DNA from: Rebecca billardiae RCC1528
Taxonomy: Eukaryota; Protista; Haptophyta
Length of the DNA: 64,000 nucleotides
NCBI GenBank assembly: GCA_965240325.2
Contig: OZ251234.1
Coordinates: 2,046,001-2,110,000 of the forward strand
Reading direction: 5' to 3'
Shown piece after piece: positions 24,004 to 36,024 of this stretch (position 1 is the stretch's first letter; the number at the start of each line of letters is the position of its first letter). Both the position numbers and the translations under genes were made by a program. The notes under the pieces were generated by a model. It was not told where the DNA came from. It worked only from the letters and a program-made list of their open reading frames with translations, and did not search any database.

Positions 24004-24971
24004 ATGGCCGACGGCGGTGACGCGGCGGGTGAGCCCAATGATGAGGGCCCCGGGCCGACATCCGCGCCGACGGGCGTGCTCCCGCAGGTCTGGATGGACA
24101 TCGACATCAACGATACGCGCGCCGCGTATAAGCGCGCGCAGGACTTCGTCGCCGCGAAGAATCTCGCGTACTCGCTCTCGTCCAACCGGCTGGAGGAGCT
24201 GGGCGGGAGCGAGAAGAAGCGCGTGAAGGACGTCCTGTACCCAGCCGACTTCGAGTGGGGCCAGAAGGGCCGCATCTGCGTGCGCATGCCGCCCGAGCGC
24301 CTCACGTTCGAGCTCTGGCCGGACGTGGCGCCGCTCGCGTGCCAGAACTTCCTCAGCCTCGCGACGGGGCACAAGGGCATGGGCGGCGCGGGCCGGCCGC
24401 TGCACTACAAGGGCTGCCCCTTCCACCGCATCGTGCCCGGCTTCATCATCCAGGGCGGCGACATCCTGATGGGGAACGGCTCGGGCGGCGAGAGCATCTA
24501 CGGCAAGCCGTTCAAGGACGACAAGGGCGCGCTCAAGCTCAAGTGCGACCGGCGGGGGCTGCTGGCCATGGGCAACAGGTGGGCGCACGCCCACCGCCGC
24601 GCGCGCACGCGTCGAGCTGCGCGGGACGCGCGCCGACGTGCGCGCGCACGCACGCCCCGCACGCGCCGCCGCCGCCCCGCACCGGCCCGCCACGGCGCGC
24701 GCCACCCCCCAGCGGGAAGAACTCGAACACGTCGCAGTTCTTCCTCACGCTGAGCGACAGCAAGGGCGTGCAGGCGCTCAGCGGCAAGCACGTCGTGTTT
24801 GGCGCGCTCGTGGGCGGCGAGCAGGTGCTCGAGTTCATGGAGCAGTGCGCGAGCAAGGACGGCTCGAGCGAGGAGCCTGCGTACCCGATCGTGGTCGCTG
24901 ACTGCGGCGTCGTGCCCGAGACGCTCACCGAGCTGCAGCGCCACCAGTGCGGGCTGACGCCGAGCGGCTAG
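24004..24971 (+). CDS. Cyclophilin-type peptidyl-prolyl isomerase (intron 24579-24712)
   Basis: PLACQNF, LHYKGCPFHRIVPGFIIQGGD, GSGGESIYG, LAMGN|SGKNSNTSQFF, LSGKHVVFG. Confidence 0.95.
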
Positions 24972-25217
24972 CGGCGCCAGCTCAAATATCTTATATTATC
25001 TATATCGCGCATCGCGCGCTCGCGGTCGGCGTCGGTCGGGCGTGGGTGACGCCGGGCGGAGCGTAGTGGAACCACACCGTCAGGACCGGGCGCGCTCAGG
25101 TGCATGGGAGCTGCGTCACTCATCACCAGCACTCACCGACACCAGGCCCAGCTCGTTCAAGGACAAGAATTGTCATCGTCGTGAAGTATCACCACGCAGG
25201 CGGATCCGCCATCATTA

Positions 25218-25270
25218 TACAGTTTACGTACTAAGAATAAGAGACGCACACAGCTCAGGCAGGCGAGATT
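25218..25270 (-). repeat. Isolated 3'-terminal fragment of the OTU-bearing LINE
   Basis: Matches 56143-56191 except for a 4-bp insertion. Confidence 0.8.
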
Positions 25271-25378
25271 ATTCCGCCCGCGATTTTCGCCATCAGCAGA
25301 TTTCGATTGGCGCGGGCCGGGCCGATGGTTCGAGACGCTACGATAGCTCTTGCTACGATGGCCCCTCGATCATCGCCC

Positions 25379-26725
25379 ATGCGGGCCGTGGCGCGCATAG
25401 CGGCGCTGCTGGCGCTCGCCTGCGCGACGGTTGCGCGCGCGCACGCGCTGCCGGCGCGCCTGCGCGGCGCCTCCGCGCGCTCGCCCGTCCGCCCGCCCAG
25501 CCGGCCGCGCGGCCGGCCGCTCGCGCTCTCGAGCCGCGCGGCGGGCGGGTGGGATGCGTGGGGCGAGGACGAGCGCGCGTGGGGCGGCGAGCCCGACATC
25601 ACGAGCGCGTGGCCGCCGCCGCCGCCCGGGCCGGACGACGGCGCGTCGATGCGCTGGACCAGCCTCGAGGGCTGCGACGTCCTCCTCCCGCCCGACGGCG
25701 AGCCCGTGCGCGGCCTCGTGCACTTTGTGGGCGGCGTGCTCGTGGGGCTGCTGCCGCGCGTGGCGTACGGGCCGCTGCTCGAGGGGCTGGCGGACGCGGG
25801 GTACGCGATCATCGCGACGCCGGACCAGCAGCTCGTCGGCTTCGACCACGCCCTCGCCGCCGAGAACGTCGCCGCGCGCTTCCGCCGCGCCGCGCTCGCG
25901 CTCGAGGTGCGTTCGGGCGTGCCTCTGGCCGAGCTGCCTGTCTTTGGGCTCGGGCACTCGCTCGGCGCGAAGGTGCTGCTGCTGATCGGCGCGGACGCGC
26001 GGCTGCGCCGGGCGATGGGCACGCCGCACTTCGCCAACGCGCTCGTCTCGTACAACAACTTCTCCGCCCGCCGCTCCATCCCGTTCTTCGCGCCGCTGCG
26101 CGAGTTTGCCAACGCAGCCATGGCGGGCACGGGCGGCGCGGCCGCGCGCGGCGTCGAGCTGCTCGCGCTGCTCGGCTCGGCGACGGACGGCATGTCGCCG
26201 GGGACGGGGATCGCCGAGCCGTTCCGCCGCTCGCTCCAGCAGCTCGGCCGGCTCACCGGCGAGCTCGGCTCGCTCCTCAGCGGCGCGGCGCTACCCGACG
26301 AGTTTGTGCCCTCGCCCGCGGCCACGCTGGGCGCGGTGCGCGCGGGCTACGGCACGCGCTCCAACCTGGTGGTGCGCTTCCTCGCGGACACGATCGACGA
26401 GTCGGAGGGGCTGGCGAGGGAGCTGCGCGTGCGGTTCACCGCGCCGGACACCGGCATCGGCGGCCGCCTCGCCTACCGCCGGCTGCGCGGCACGCACGTC
26501 ACGCCCAACACGCCCGCCATCCGCGCGTCCGAGCTGGACGACCTCGGGCGCGAGGCGGCGCTCAACGCGCTCGACGAGCTGGACGAGCTGATCGACGCGC
26601 TGGTCGGCTTCTACGACAAGGAGACGAGGCTGTGGGTGGACACCGCGCGCGACGAGCCGGCCGAGTGGGCGCGGCCGCAGGGCTCGATCGCGCTCGGCGG
26701 CGGCCCGCCCATCGATCCAGCGTGA
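25379..26725 (+). CDS. DUF1350 family alpha/beta-hydrolase-like protein, probably plastid-targeted
   Basis: Signal peptide plus an Arg/Ser-rich transit-like stretch. VHFVGG..VG..P.VAY..LLE.LA, GFDH, GLGHSLGAK, SYNN, EFVPSP, RF..DTIDES, GTHVTP. Confidence 0.85.
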   Translation: MRAVARIAALLALACATVARAHALPARLRGASARSPVRPPSRPRGRPLALSSRAAGGWDAWGEDERAWGGEPDITSAWPPPPPGPDDGASMRWTSLEGCDVLLPPDGEPVRGLVHFVGGVLVGLLPRVAYGPLLEGLADAGYAIIATPDQQLVGFDHALAAENVAARFRRAALALEVRSGVPLAELPVFGLGHSLGAKVLLLIGADARLRRAMGTPHFANALVSYNNFSARRSIPFFAPLREFANAAMAGTGGAAARGVELLALLGSATDGMSPGTGIAEPFRRSLQQLGRLTGELGSLLSGAALPDEFVPSPAATLGAVRAGYGTRSNLVVRFLADTIDESEGLARELRVRFTAPDTGIGGRLAYRRLRGTHVTPNTPAIRASELDDLGREAALNALDELDELIDALVGFYDKETRLWVDTARDEPAEWARPQGSIALGGGPPIDPA

Positions 26726-27124
26726 GACTGATGACACTCATGACGAGTGCGCAGTGCGCAGTGCCGGCAGCGCGGGGCAGTGCAGGCGCGCGCCATCACC
26801 GACACATTCACAAGGGTCCGCAGACGCCGTATTCGTGGGCGTAGTACCTAGCGCGTGCCGCCTGGCGCGCCTGTGATGCGCCTCGGTATCAGCCGCCGAG
26901 CACCGGCGCCGTCGTTGATGCAGCAGCCGGGGCGCACCCGAAGCTGTGGCCCACCAGTAACTAGTGAGGTTATGATACGGTCGTACCCTGTGTCGTAGTA
27001 GTCTGTACAGTCAAGGGGACTCCCCTTGGTACAGTCAAGCGTATGGGACGCACACAAAGCTCAGGCAACAGTGTCAGTGTACAGGCGCAGACAACGCATC
27101 GACGAAACCCTGCTGCCATCACCA

Positions 27125-30100
27125 ATGGCGCCCCGCGACGACGAGGCCGCCGACGCGCCGCCGCTCGCGCACGCGGCGGGCGGCTCGTCGCTCCTGCTCG
27201 TCTCGGAGGCGGACGTCTTCCGTGCACCCCGCGGCTGGCAGGGCGCGCGCCTCCTCCTCTCCACCTACGCCCTCCACACGTACGCGCGCCCGCGCGAGAA
27301 GGGCGGCGGCGCCGAGCGCGCACCGCCGCTCGGGCAGCACGCGGGCTCGATCGCGCTCAAGTGCGTGCGCGCGGTGGAGCTCGACGCGTCGGCGCGCGTG
27401 CTGCGCATCCGTCACGACAGCGCCCCGGGCGCCGCCCCGGGCGCGAGCGTGCTGCAGCTGCGCTTTGGGCGCGTAGACGTGTGCCGCGCGTGGGCGCACA
27501 CCGTGGGCGCGCACGCGGACCTGGCGGGCGTGCACGCGGCGGCGGCGGAGGACGGCGCGTCGGCGCCGCCCGGCGGCGTGGCGGGGCTCGCGCGCCCGGT
27601 GCGCGTGCGGCGCAACGCGTCCGACAGCGTGCTCGCGCGGCGCGACGGGGCGGCAGAGGCGACGGCCGCCGCCTCGGCCGGCGGCGGCGCGCCGCTCAGC
27701 GCGGTGTGCGTGCGCTCGGCGGCGCTGGGCGTGGACGTGCTCGTCGGGCTCGAGCTGCCGTACGGCGCGCCGCTCACGCTCTCCGCCGCGCGGCACGCCT
27801 TCTGCCAGCGCTCCGTGCTCACGCTCCAGCTGCGCGGAGGCGAGAGCGTCGCGGTGTCGCACGCGCAGCTGAGCGGCGGCGGCGGCCGCGGCGGCGGCGG
27901 CGGCGGCGGCGCGGCGGCGGGCGGCGCGAAGGCGGCGGTGGGCGACGGTGGGGGCGGCGATGAGGCGGGCGCGTGGCGCGCGAGGGGCGTCGAGCGCCTC
28001 GCGCTGCCGCTCGACGCGGTGCAGATGCCGCCGGGCGCGACGCCGCGCGCGCGACGCCCGCCGCTCCCGCCGCTCCCGCCGCTCCCCGCATTACCCGCAT
28101 TACCCGCTTCACCCGCGCGGGCCACGTCGGCGCGGTGGGCGGGCGGCGGCCCCGACGACGCCGGCGGCGCGGGCGAGCGCCGCCGCGCCGCCTCGCCGGC
28201 GGGCGTGGTGCGCGCGGGCGCGGGCGCGGCCGGCACGCCCGCGGGCGCCGCGGGCGCGCGCGCGCCGCGCGCCCTCCTCCTGCGCTGGAGCCGCGTCGGC
28301 CGCCCCGCCACCGAAGCGGACCTGCACACACTCGCGGCGCTGCGCGCGGCCGCGGCCGGCGTGGTGGCGGACGAGGCGGCGGTGGCGGCGGCACTGCACG
28401 ACGGGCGCGGCGCCGTGGCGCGCGCGCTGCGCAGCGCGGGCGCGCGCGCGCGCGCCGCGGCGGCGCGCGCGCTCCGCGCAGCCCTGAGCTCGACCGGCGT
28501 GGCGCTCTGCGCCGCGGCGCTCGGCGCAGCGGCCGGGCTGGCGGGGAGCGGCCGCGCGCCGCCGCGCGTGTCGGCCGCGCGCGACGGCGCGGGGCCGCGC
28601 CGCGCCGTCGCCGCTGCCCTCGGCGGCGGCGGCGCGGCGGCGGCGCTCGCGCCCGCCGCCGCCGCGCCCGCCGCCGCGTGGCCGCCCCCCCTGGGCGTCT
28701 GGCTTGGCCAGCCGGGCGCGGGGCTTCTCGTGGCGTGCGTGTGCGTCGCCGCCGCGCTGTGCGCGCGCGCCGACGCGCGCGCGCGCGCACAGCGCTCGAG
28801 CGGGCACGGCGCGGCCGCGCGGCGCGGCGGCGCGCTCGGCGGCGCGCCCGGCGGCGGCGGCCGCGCGCAGCAGGCGGCGCGCGCGGCCGCACAGCTGTCC
28901 GCCGAGCTGGCCACGTGGCACCTCGAGATCTGGCCAGAGGCGCCGGCGCCGAGCGGCGCGCCGCGCGCCGCCGCCGGCTGGCCCGGCGCTGCCGCGCGCC
29001 CGCCCACGCCCGCCGGCGCGGTCGCCGGTGCCGACGCAGCCGCCGACCGCGGCGGCGGCGCGGACGCGGACGCGGGCGCGGGCGCGGACGCGGACGCGGA
29101 CGCGGACGCTGGCGGCGCGGGGTCCGCGAGCCCGCGCGGAGGTCGGCAGGCCACGCTCGCCTCAATCCGGACCTCCTCCCTGCGCTCCCTCAGCCTCACC
29201 ACGCGCTCCCCCGCCGCGCCCGCCTCGGCGTCCGCCTTGCCGCCCGCCGCCACCCTCGCCGCCGAGCTCGCCGCCGACCGCGCGCTTGCAGAGTCTGCAG
29301 TGCGACTGAGCTCGGCGCTGGCGGGGCTGGGCGGCGCGCTGGCCATGGCGCTGCTGCTGCCGGTGCGAGGGCTCACCGCCGCGCCCGAGGAGCGGGCGGA
29401 GGGCTGGCTCCCCGCGGCCGTGGCCGAGCTCGAATCCGCCGCGGACGCCGAGGCGCGCGCCGGCGTCAGCTGGGCGCCCTCGGTGAGCCGGGGGCGGGGC
29501 GCGGCCGCGCCGGCCGCGGAGGGAGGCGGCGCGGCCGCGGCGGAGGGCGGCGGCGGCGCGGGCGCGGCCTCGAGCCCTGAGCGCGCGCGCGTCGGCGTGC
29601 AGCCCGCGGACAGCCCGGGCGCGGCCCCGCCCCCCGTGGCCGCCTCCGCCTCCGCCTCCGCCTCCGCCTCCGCCTCCGCCTCACCTGGGTTGATGCAGCG
29701 CGTCTCGGCGGCAGGGCGGCGGCCGCGCCAGCTGCGCGCGGGCGAGGCCGTGCCGGACGAGGGCGCGGATCTGGCGATGGCGGACGTGGGCATGGCGCAG
29801 CTGATGGCGGCGTGCGAGGGGCTGCACACCGTGTGGCGCGCCATGGGCTCCGTCACCGCCCTCGCGTGCACGGTGCGCGCCACAGCCCGCACGCGGCGCG
29901 GCGCGAGCGCGCGCGAGCGCGACCGGAGGCGCCGCCGCTGCGCGCGCGACCGCGCGCCCACCAACGCGCTCGCGCGCGCGCCGCGCCGCGCCGTGCACGC
30001 GCGCGCGCGCCGCAGGACCTCGAGCGCCACATGCGCCACGCGAGCGCCGTGCACACGCGCAAGCCGGGCTGCAGCAGCGCGCGCGCGGTGCTGTGGCATG

Positions 30101-30762
30101 TGCGCGCGCGGCCGCGCCGCGCGCGCCGGAGCACGGCGGCGCCGCGCGACGCACCCACCGCCCCGCCAGCCCACGCCCGCCGCGCACGCTGCCACGACCC
30201 CCTCCCTGCCGCCGTCGCCGCCGCCTCGTGCGTGTCAGGAGAAGTACCGGCGGGTGCACCCGAGCGGAGGCGGCGCGCTTGCGGAGGGCTCGGCGGGCAG
30301 CGGGCTGCTGTGGCTGCGGCGCACGCTCGCGTTCCAGGCGGCGCTCTTCGAGGCGTTCCTCGACGGTGCGCGCCGCGTGCGCCGCGCGCCGAGCGAGAGA
30401 ACGCCCAAAACGGCCGTGCCTCCGTCCGCGCCGCGCCGGGCTGAGCGCGCGCCGCGTGCCGCGCGCCGCCCTGGGCGCGCACAGGCGAGGAGGAGCTGGT
30501 AAGCGCGTGCGAGCGCGCGTACGCGCTCGAGCTCGAGAGCTTCCACGGCTTCCGGCTGCGCAAGACGTTTGCGCTGCTCTTCTCAAACGTGCCGCGCGCG
30601 GCCGTCTTCTTCGAGCGGCTCGCGCCCGGCGTGCCGCCCGCGTGCGCGCGCGCGGTGGTGCTCGGCGACGCGCGGGAGTTTGTGGCGCGCGCGCGCGTGC
30701 TGGTGCACGTGCTCGCCGGGCTGTACGCCGAGCTCGACCTGGAGGACGAGCGCCGCGTGTGA
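27125..30762 (+). CDS. PH-like domain plus glycolipid transfer protein (GLTP) domain protein (introns 29873-30015, 30100-30238, 30366-30484)
   Basis: N-terminal PH-like strands ending in CRAWAHTV. Spliced C-terminus GSAGSGLLWLRRTLAF...AYALELESFHG...P....F..L...LYAELDLED matches GLTP. Confidence 0.75.
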
Positions 30763-30827
30763 CCCAGTCCGTGCGACGGGGGCGCCGCCATGCGGACGAC
30801 ATCCTCCGCCATCATGATTCTTGCTAC

Positions 30828-30854
30828 TGCGTCTCTTATTCTTAGTAAACTGTA
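30828..30854 (+). repeat. 27-bp 3'-terminal fragment of the OTU-bearing LINE
   Basis: TGCGTCTCTTATTCTTAGTAAACTGTA is the reverse complement of 56143-56169. Confidence 0.75.
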
Positions 30855-30930
30855 TAGCTGATGATAAAAAAAGGAAAAACAAGTGCGCGCACGATCGACC
30901 CGATCGAAAATTCGCCGCGCGGGGCGCGGA

Positions 30931-32894
30931 ATGACGATGCCGCGGGCGGGGCTCCTCCTCGCGCTGCCGCTCCTCGCCGCGACGGCGGGCGCGCTGCGCG
31001 CGCCGGCGTCGCGCGCGCGGCGGCTCGCCGCGCGCCGCGCCGCCCCCGTCGCCACCGCCGACGCCGCCGCCGACGCCGCGTACGCGTCCGCGCTCGACCG
31101 CCTCAACGCCGAGCACGCAGAGTGGCTGGTGGCGCTGGCGCGCGCGCGCACGCCGATGGGGCTGGAGGAGCGCAAGGCGAACTTCTGGAGCCGCGGCTCG
31201 CTGGTGCTGTCGGAGGCGCGCGTGCTCGAGCTCGGCGCCGACGGGCTCACCCTCGAGGCCAGCCTCACCGACCGCAAGGGCCGCGCGCGCGCCGAGCGCG
31301 CGCGCGTCGCATGGCCCGCGGGCGGCGCGTCCGCGCGCGCGCGCGAGCACGGCGGCGGCGACGGCGTGCTGCTCGGGCTGCTGCACCTCGCGCACGCGAT
31401 CGGGCGGCCCCGCGACGGCGCCGCCCTCCTCGCCACCCTCGCCACCCCGCTCCGCGCCAGCTACAACTGGGCCCTCCCCGCCGACTGGCGACTCAACGAC
31501 GTGCCGCACAGTCGGAGGACGCGCGAGCGATTTGCCGACGACGTGTTCGGCGCGGTGGAGGGCGTGCTGGACGGCGCGCTGGGCACGCCGCCGCCGGCGC
31601 GCGTGCGCATCACCGTCCAGCCGCCCGAGCTCAACCAGGCCATGGACGTCTACCGCGGCGCCACCCTCCTCGAGATTGTTCGCGAGATCTCGCTCAAGCT
31701 GGCCGCGGGGCCGCGCGGCTGCAACGTGCGCGTGTGCGTGCAGGCGCCGATGGGCGAGGGCGTCTTCTGCGGGCTGCCGCTCGCGATCTCGGGGCTGCGC
31801 AAGACGCTCGAGCGGATGGACTGGCAGGCGCAGAAGGGCGAGCGCTTCGAGGGCATCCTCGGCGAAAGCTTTTATGCCGAGGCGGAGGCGGAGGCGGAGG
31901 CGGCCGCGGCGGCGGAGGCGGAGGCGGAGGCGGAGGCGGAGGCGGAGGGCGGCGCCGAGGGCGGCGCCGAGGTGGCGGGCGCGGCCTCGGGCGCGTCGGG
32001 CGCGCCGCGCGGGCGCATCCGCTTCGGCGACCTCGACGCCGGCGTGCTCGAGCCCGACGACGACGTCGCGTTCGTCCTCGCCCCGCAGTCGATGCAAGGC
32101 GTGTGCATCATCAGCCCTCTGCAGCGGCTGGTGGCGGAGGCGGAGGCGCGCGGCACCACGGTGGTGCTGCTCAACCCGGCGCTGGGGGACATCCCCTCGG
32201 CAGCGGGCGTGATGCAGGTGTGTGCGTGGGCACGGCGGTTGTGTGCGTGTGCGTGCGTGCGTGCGTGCGTGTATGCTGTGCGTGTGTGGGCGCGCGTGCG
32301 CAGTGTGCACGCCGGTGCGGGTGCGGGGTGCGCACACGCACCGGGCCTCTTGCACACCCAGACCCGCCCTGCGCACCGCCCGCCCGCTCCGCGCGCACAC
32401 GCGCCCACGCCACTGCGCCTGCCTGCGGCGCCCCCGCGCACGCACTCACCGCCGCCGCCGCCCCCGCGCCGCGCCGCCCTCCGCAGGTGCGCGGCCGCGG
32501 CGAGCGCATGGAGTTTGCGCGCTCGTTTGTGGACGCGTACAGCTTCCGCTGCCTCTACTACGCCGGCAAGTTCGCATTCCCGATCGTGGGCGCGATGCGC
32601 TACTCGTGCGCGGACGCGCCGTTCTGGACGGTGTTCGAGCGGCGCGAGGCGGGCGGGCTCGCCGGCGTGGGCGCGGGCGTCGAGTTCGAGGAGTACGCGC
32701 CGGTGGGCGTGTACCCGGAGGCGGGCGCGTACGATGCCGAGGCGGAGGCGGCGCCGTTCGCGGAGCAGGCGGGGAGGCAGCCGGGCGCCTCGGCGAAGCG
32801 CGCCGTGCTCGGCATGCCCTCGAGCGAGGAGCTGACGGACGTGCTCGACTCGAAGCGCTCCGGCAAGAAGGCCGCCGTCGCCGCGGGCGCGTGA
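30931..32894 (+). CDS. Plastid-type protein with DUF2470-like and DUF1995 domains (intron 32218-32486)
   Basis: Signal peptide. LNAEHAEWLVALAR...A.VLELGADGL (DUF2470-like). PELNQAMDVYRGATLLEIVRE, VCVQAPMGEGVF.GLPL, LLNP.L.DIPS..GVMQ|VRGR.ERMEF (DUF1995, like the C-terminal domain of plastid adenylate kinase). Confidence 0.8.
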
Positions 32895-33147
32895 GTCGTA
32901 GGCTGAGGATGATCGTCTGCTCTGAGTCGCAGCACCGAGCATCCGAGCGTCGCGCCGCGGCGTTGCAGTCGCACTGACCGCTGTTCGTCCTTCGAAATCC
33001 GTTGATGAATCACCGATGAATGATTGCTCGATCGGCGCTTGCGGCCGGCACTCTGGAACTCCGCGCTGGTTGCCTGCTTCCGGGACCGCTGTCCGGCCGC
33101 CGGGCCGGCGAGCGACAGTCTAAACTGCGCGCGTGCATCGGCCGTCA

Positions 33148-33522
33148 ATGGCGACCGCTCGCGGCGGCGACGCCCCGGCGCCATCGCCGGAGCCGCCGGC
33201 GCAGCCGCTGGCGGCGCAACCGATCGAGGTGCTCGACGAGCTGATCGAGATCGAATCGACGCTGGAGAGCGCGCTCCGCCGCGCCGACGAGGCGCTCGCC
33301 GCGCACGAGCGCGCGTGCGCTCGGAGTGTGAGCGTGGGGGAGGTGCTGGAGTACGCGCGCGCGCTCACGCCGCGCTCGAGCGCACGGCCCGGCTGGGATG
33401 GCGCGTCGCACACGCCGCAGCAGTACAACTGCGCGCCGACGTACGGCATGCTCACCAGCCCTGTCGCGTGGCTGCAGCGCGCCCTCGCACCGCCCGCACG
33501 GCCCGGAGAGGAGGGCGCATAG
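33148..33522 (+). CDS. Short Mediator subunit 4-like protein
   Basis: Coiled coil followed by [19 protein letters not shown], resembling the Med4 'ELL.YA.RIS..T.AP..W' block. Confidence 0.5.
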   Translation: MATARGGDAPAPSPEPPAQPLAAQPIEVLDELIEIESTLESALRRADEALAAHERACARSVSVGEVLEYARALTPRSSARPGWDGASHTPQQYNCAPTYGMLTSPVAWLQRALAPPARPGEEGA

Positions 33523-33985
33523 CCCATCGCGCGTGGCGATCAATCAGTGCACGCCAGTAGCAGCCGGCAGCGCGCCGCGGTCGTCACGGTCCAAGAAGCA
33601 GCCTCATCCTCGCGATCAACGCGATGCGCAATATGAGGGCTCCGATCTGGGCGGCAGCTTCAGCGGGCAGCAGGCTTCCGGCGCGGACGACGACTCCGCG
33701 GGCGGCACCGAGACGGCCGAGCACCGGCGCTCGATCCGGCGGCCGTCGCTCGACGAGCAGCTCGAGGGGTTTGACGTGAAGCAGCAGCCCTGGGCCAACC
33801 CTACCCCAGCCCTTCACCAACAAGCGCAAGCGCAATGGGACTGGCGTTCACACCGAGGACAACGCCAGCCACGCCCCCACACCGCCGCGCGTCGACGACC
33901 AGCCCGACCCGCCCGCAGCCGCAGCCGCAGCCCTGCCGGGCAGCCGTCCGCCAACGCCGCCGCCGCCGCCGCCCAGCTGGAGCAG

Positions 33986-33986
<1 letters not shown>

Positions 33987-34052
<66 letters not shown>

Positions 34053-34053
34053 C
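33987..34053. repeat. (CA)n microsatellite
   Basis: CA dinucleotide run. Confidence 0.95.
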
Positions 34054-34375
34054 GGGCGGCCGGCCCCGCTCACCGACAGAGCGCTGCCGCCATCGACGAC
34101 CTGCTCGACAGCTGCAGTGGGGCGATGCCCGGCGCGCCCGCCCAGCAGGTGGGCACGCCCGCGCGCCCAAGTCCGCCCACCGACTCGACCGCGCACGTCA
34201 CCTTCAGTCTTCACCACCGACAACTTCAAGCCGCACAGCAACCAGAACGCCAGCCAAGTGCACGCCAGCGGCGCTGTCGAGGTCAACTCCAACGGCGTCG
34301 CAGAGAACGTGGAGCACACACGCCACACGGTGGTGGCCCACCTCGTCCTCCATCGTTTCCCCCGCCTATACATTT

Positions 34376-34498
<123 letters not shown>

Positions 34499-35275
34499 GC
34501 GTTATTGGCACAATAACTGAGTGTCTAAGAGCGACACCAAGATCCGGCTCGCTTGGCATCATCAACCAGCTGTCCGGCCGGGGCGCCCGCCGCCCAGCGC
34601 GCGCAGTCCTGGTCGGACCCCTTTTCGGCAGCCAATCCGGTCGGCACCGGGCACCGCCTGCAGGACTTGCTCGGCGATTCCTGTTCCATCCGCCGAGGCG
34701 ACTCTTCTGGCCTCGGCGCGGCTCGGCCCAAGGTACGGGGGCGCCATGACACAAGGCGCCGAGCCGAGCAGGGGGCCCACGACACCGCACGCTACACTCT
34801 CCTCCGACCACTCTTGTGAGCTCGGCACACAGGAGGTGTATACGCTGCTTTGGTAGTCCCCTCTGCTCGGTGAGGTTGCTGCTGTCAGCGCCTCCGCCCT
34901 GCAGCGCCGCACCGCAGCCGCGTCGTCGCTCGTCCGGCATCACATTCTCGTCCAGCAGCTCACGTGCTGCCGCGTCAGCTCCGCGGCGGCGGTTCACTGT
35001 TTGAGATATGCGCACGCCTCGCGCACGCGCGTCGCGCCATGTGCCGCACGCTCTCGCTCAACACGCGGCACACACCGCGCCACCGCGCGCGCGTGAACGC
35101 TACGCGCAGTCCCCAATCTTTCTCTTCTTTTTAACGGGATTCATCAACCACTACTTGGACGCCCGCTCTAACTTATAAACGGGACTCACGGGCGCCCTCT
35201 CGACCACGGGCAGCTGCGCCTCCGCACTGCCCGCGCCCGTCGTTCGTTGGTAAAATCCCGACCTATGTAACATGA

Positions 35276-35968
35276 TGTTGAGCTGACGCAGCCTGGGGCG
35301 CGCATCTCAGCAGATGGCGTCGCCGCTGGGACGTCAGGGCCGGCGCCGCACCAGGCGGGCCGGCGGCATCAGCTACAGAGCAGTGGCTGGCTCTGGCGGC
35401 GCGCGCGCGCGGCGCGCGCGGTGGCAGGAGCGCGAGCGCAGCAGCGCTGGCGCGGATCGACGTGGACGCGGAGCGCGGACGCGGCAGCGCGGACGCGGAG
35501 CGACACGGACGCGGCGCGTGCGCGGGCGGTACGGCCCGGCGCAGCGCGGCACGGTGACGTCGCACGGGCATGGCCCGGCCGCCATCGTGGAAGCGTGTTG
35601 GAGTTCTCGAGAACGCAAACACGACCGTTTCATCCAGAAATTCATCACGGACGAGGACGTCCGGATTCAACCTGCACACGGATCCAGAAACCGTGTGCGA
35701 CCAGCAGTTACGGCGGTGCGTCGGGAACACCTGTGATTGGTTGACGCACGGGGCGTGCGGCTCGGAATCATTGAGATTCCCCGAGCCGGGCCAGCAAACG
35801 CCGGGTCACCCCGCCGGAGCCGAAAAGAGCTCGGCGGGAGGTTACTTTTTGCTCGTCCGAGGAGCGAGGGTCAGATTGCCTCGTGGGCGTCATCGTCGAC
35901 GCGCCCGGCTACGCGCCGGTGAGCTTTTAGCAGGGCTCGACACGCTCGGAGCTCGCGTTTACCCAATA
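35276..35968 (+). repeat. Copia 5' LTR (TGTTG...CAATA)
   Basis: Direct repeat of 41927-42619. Confidence 0.95.
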
Positions 35969-36024
35969 TGCATGCAGCGATCGGGAGGGATCGTACGCGC
36001 GGCGCTTTCTCATCGATCGCGCCG

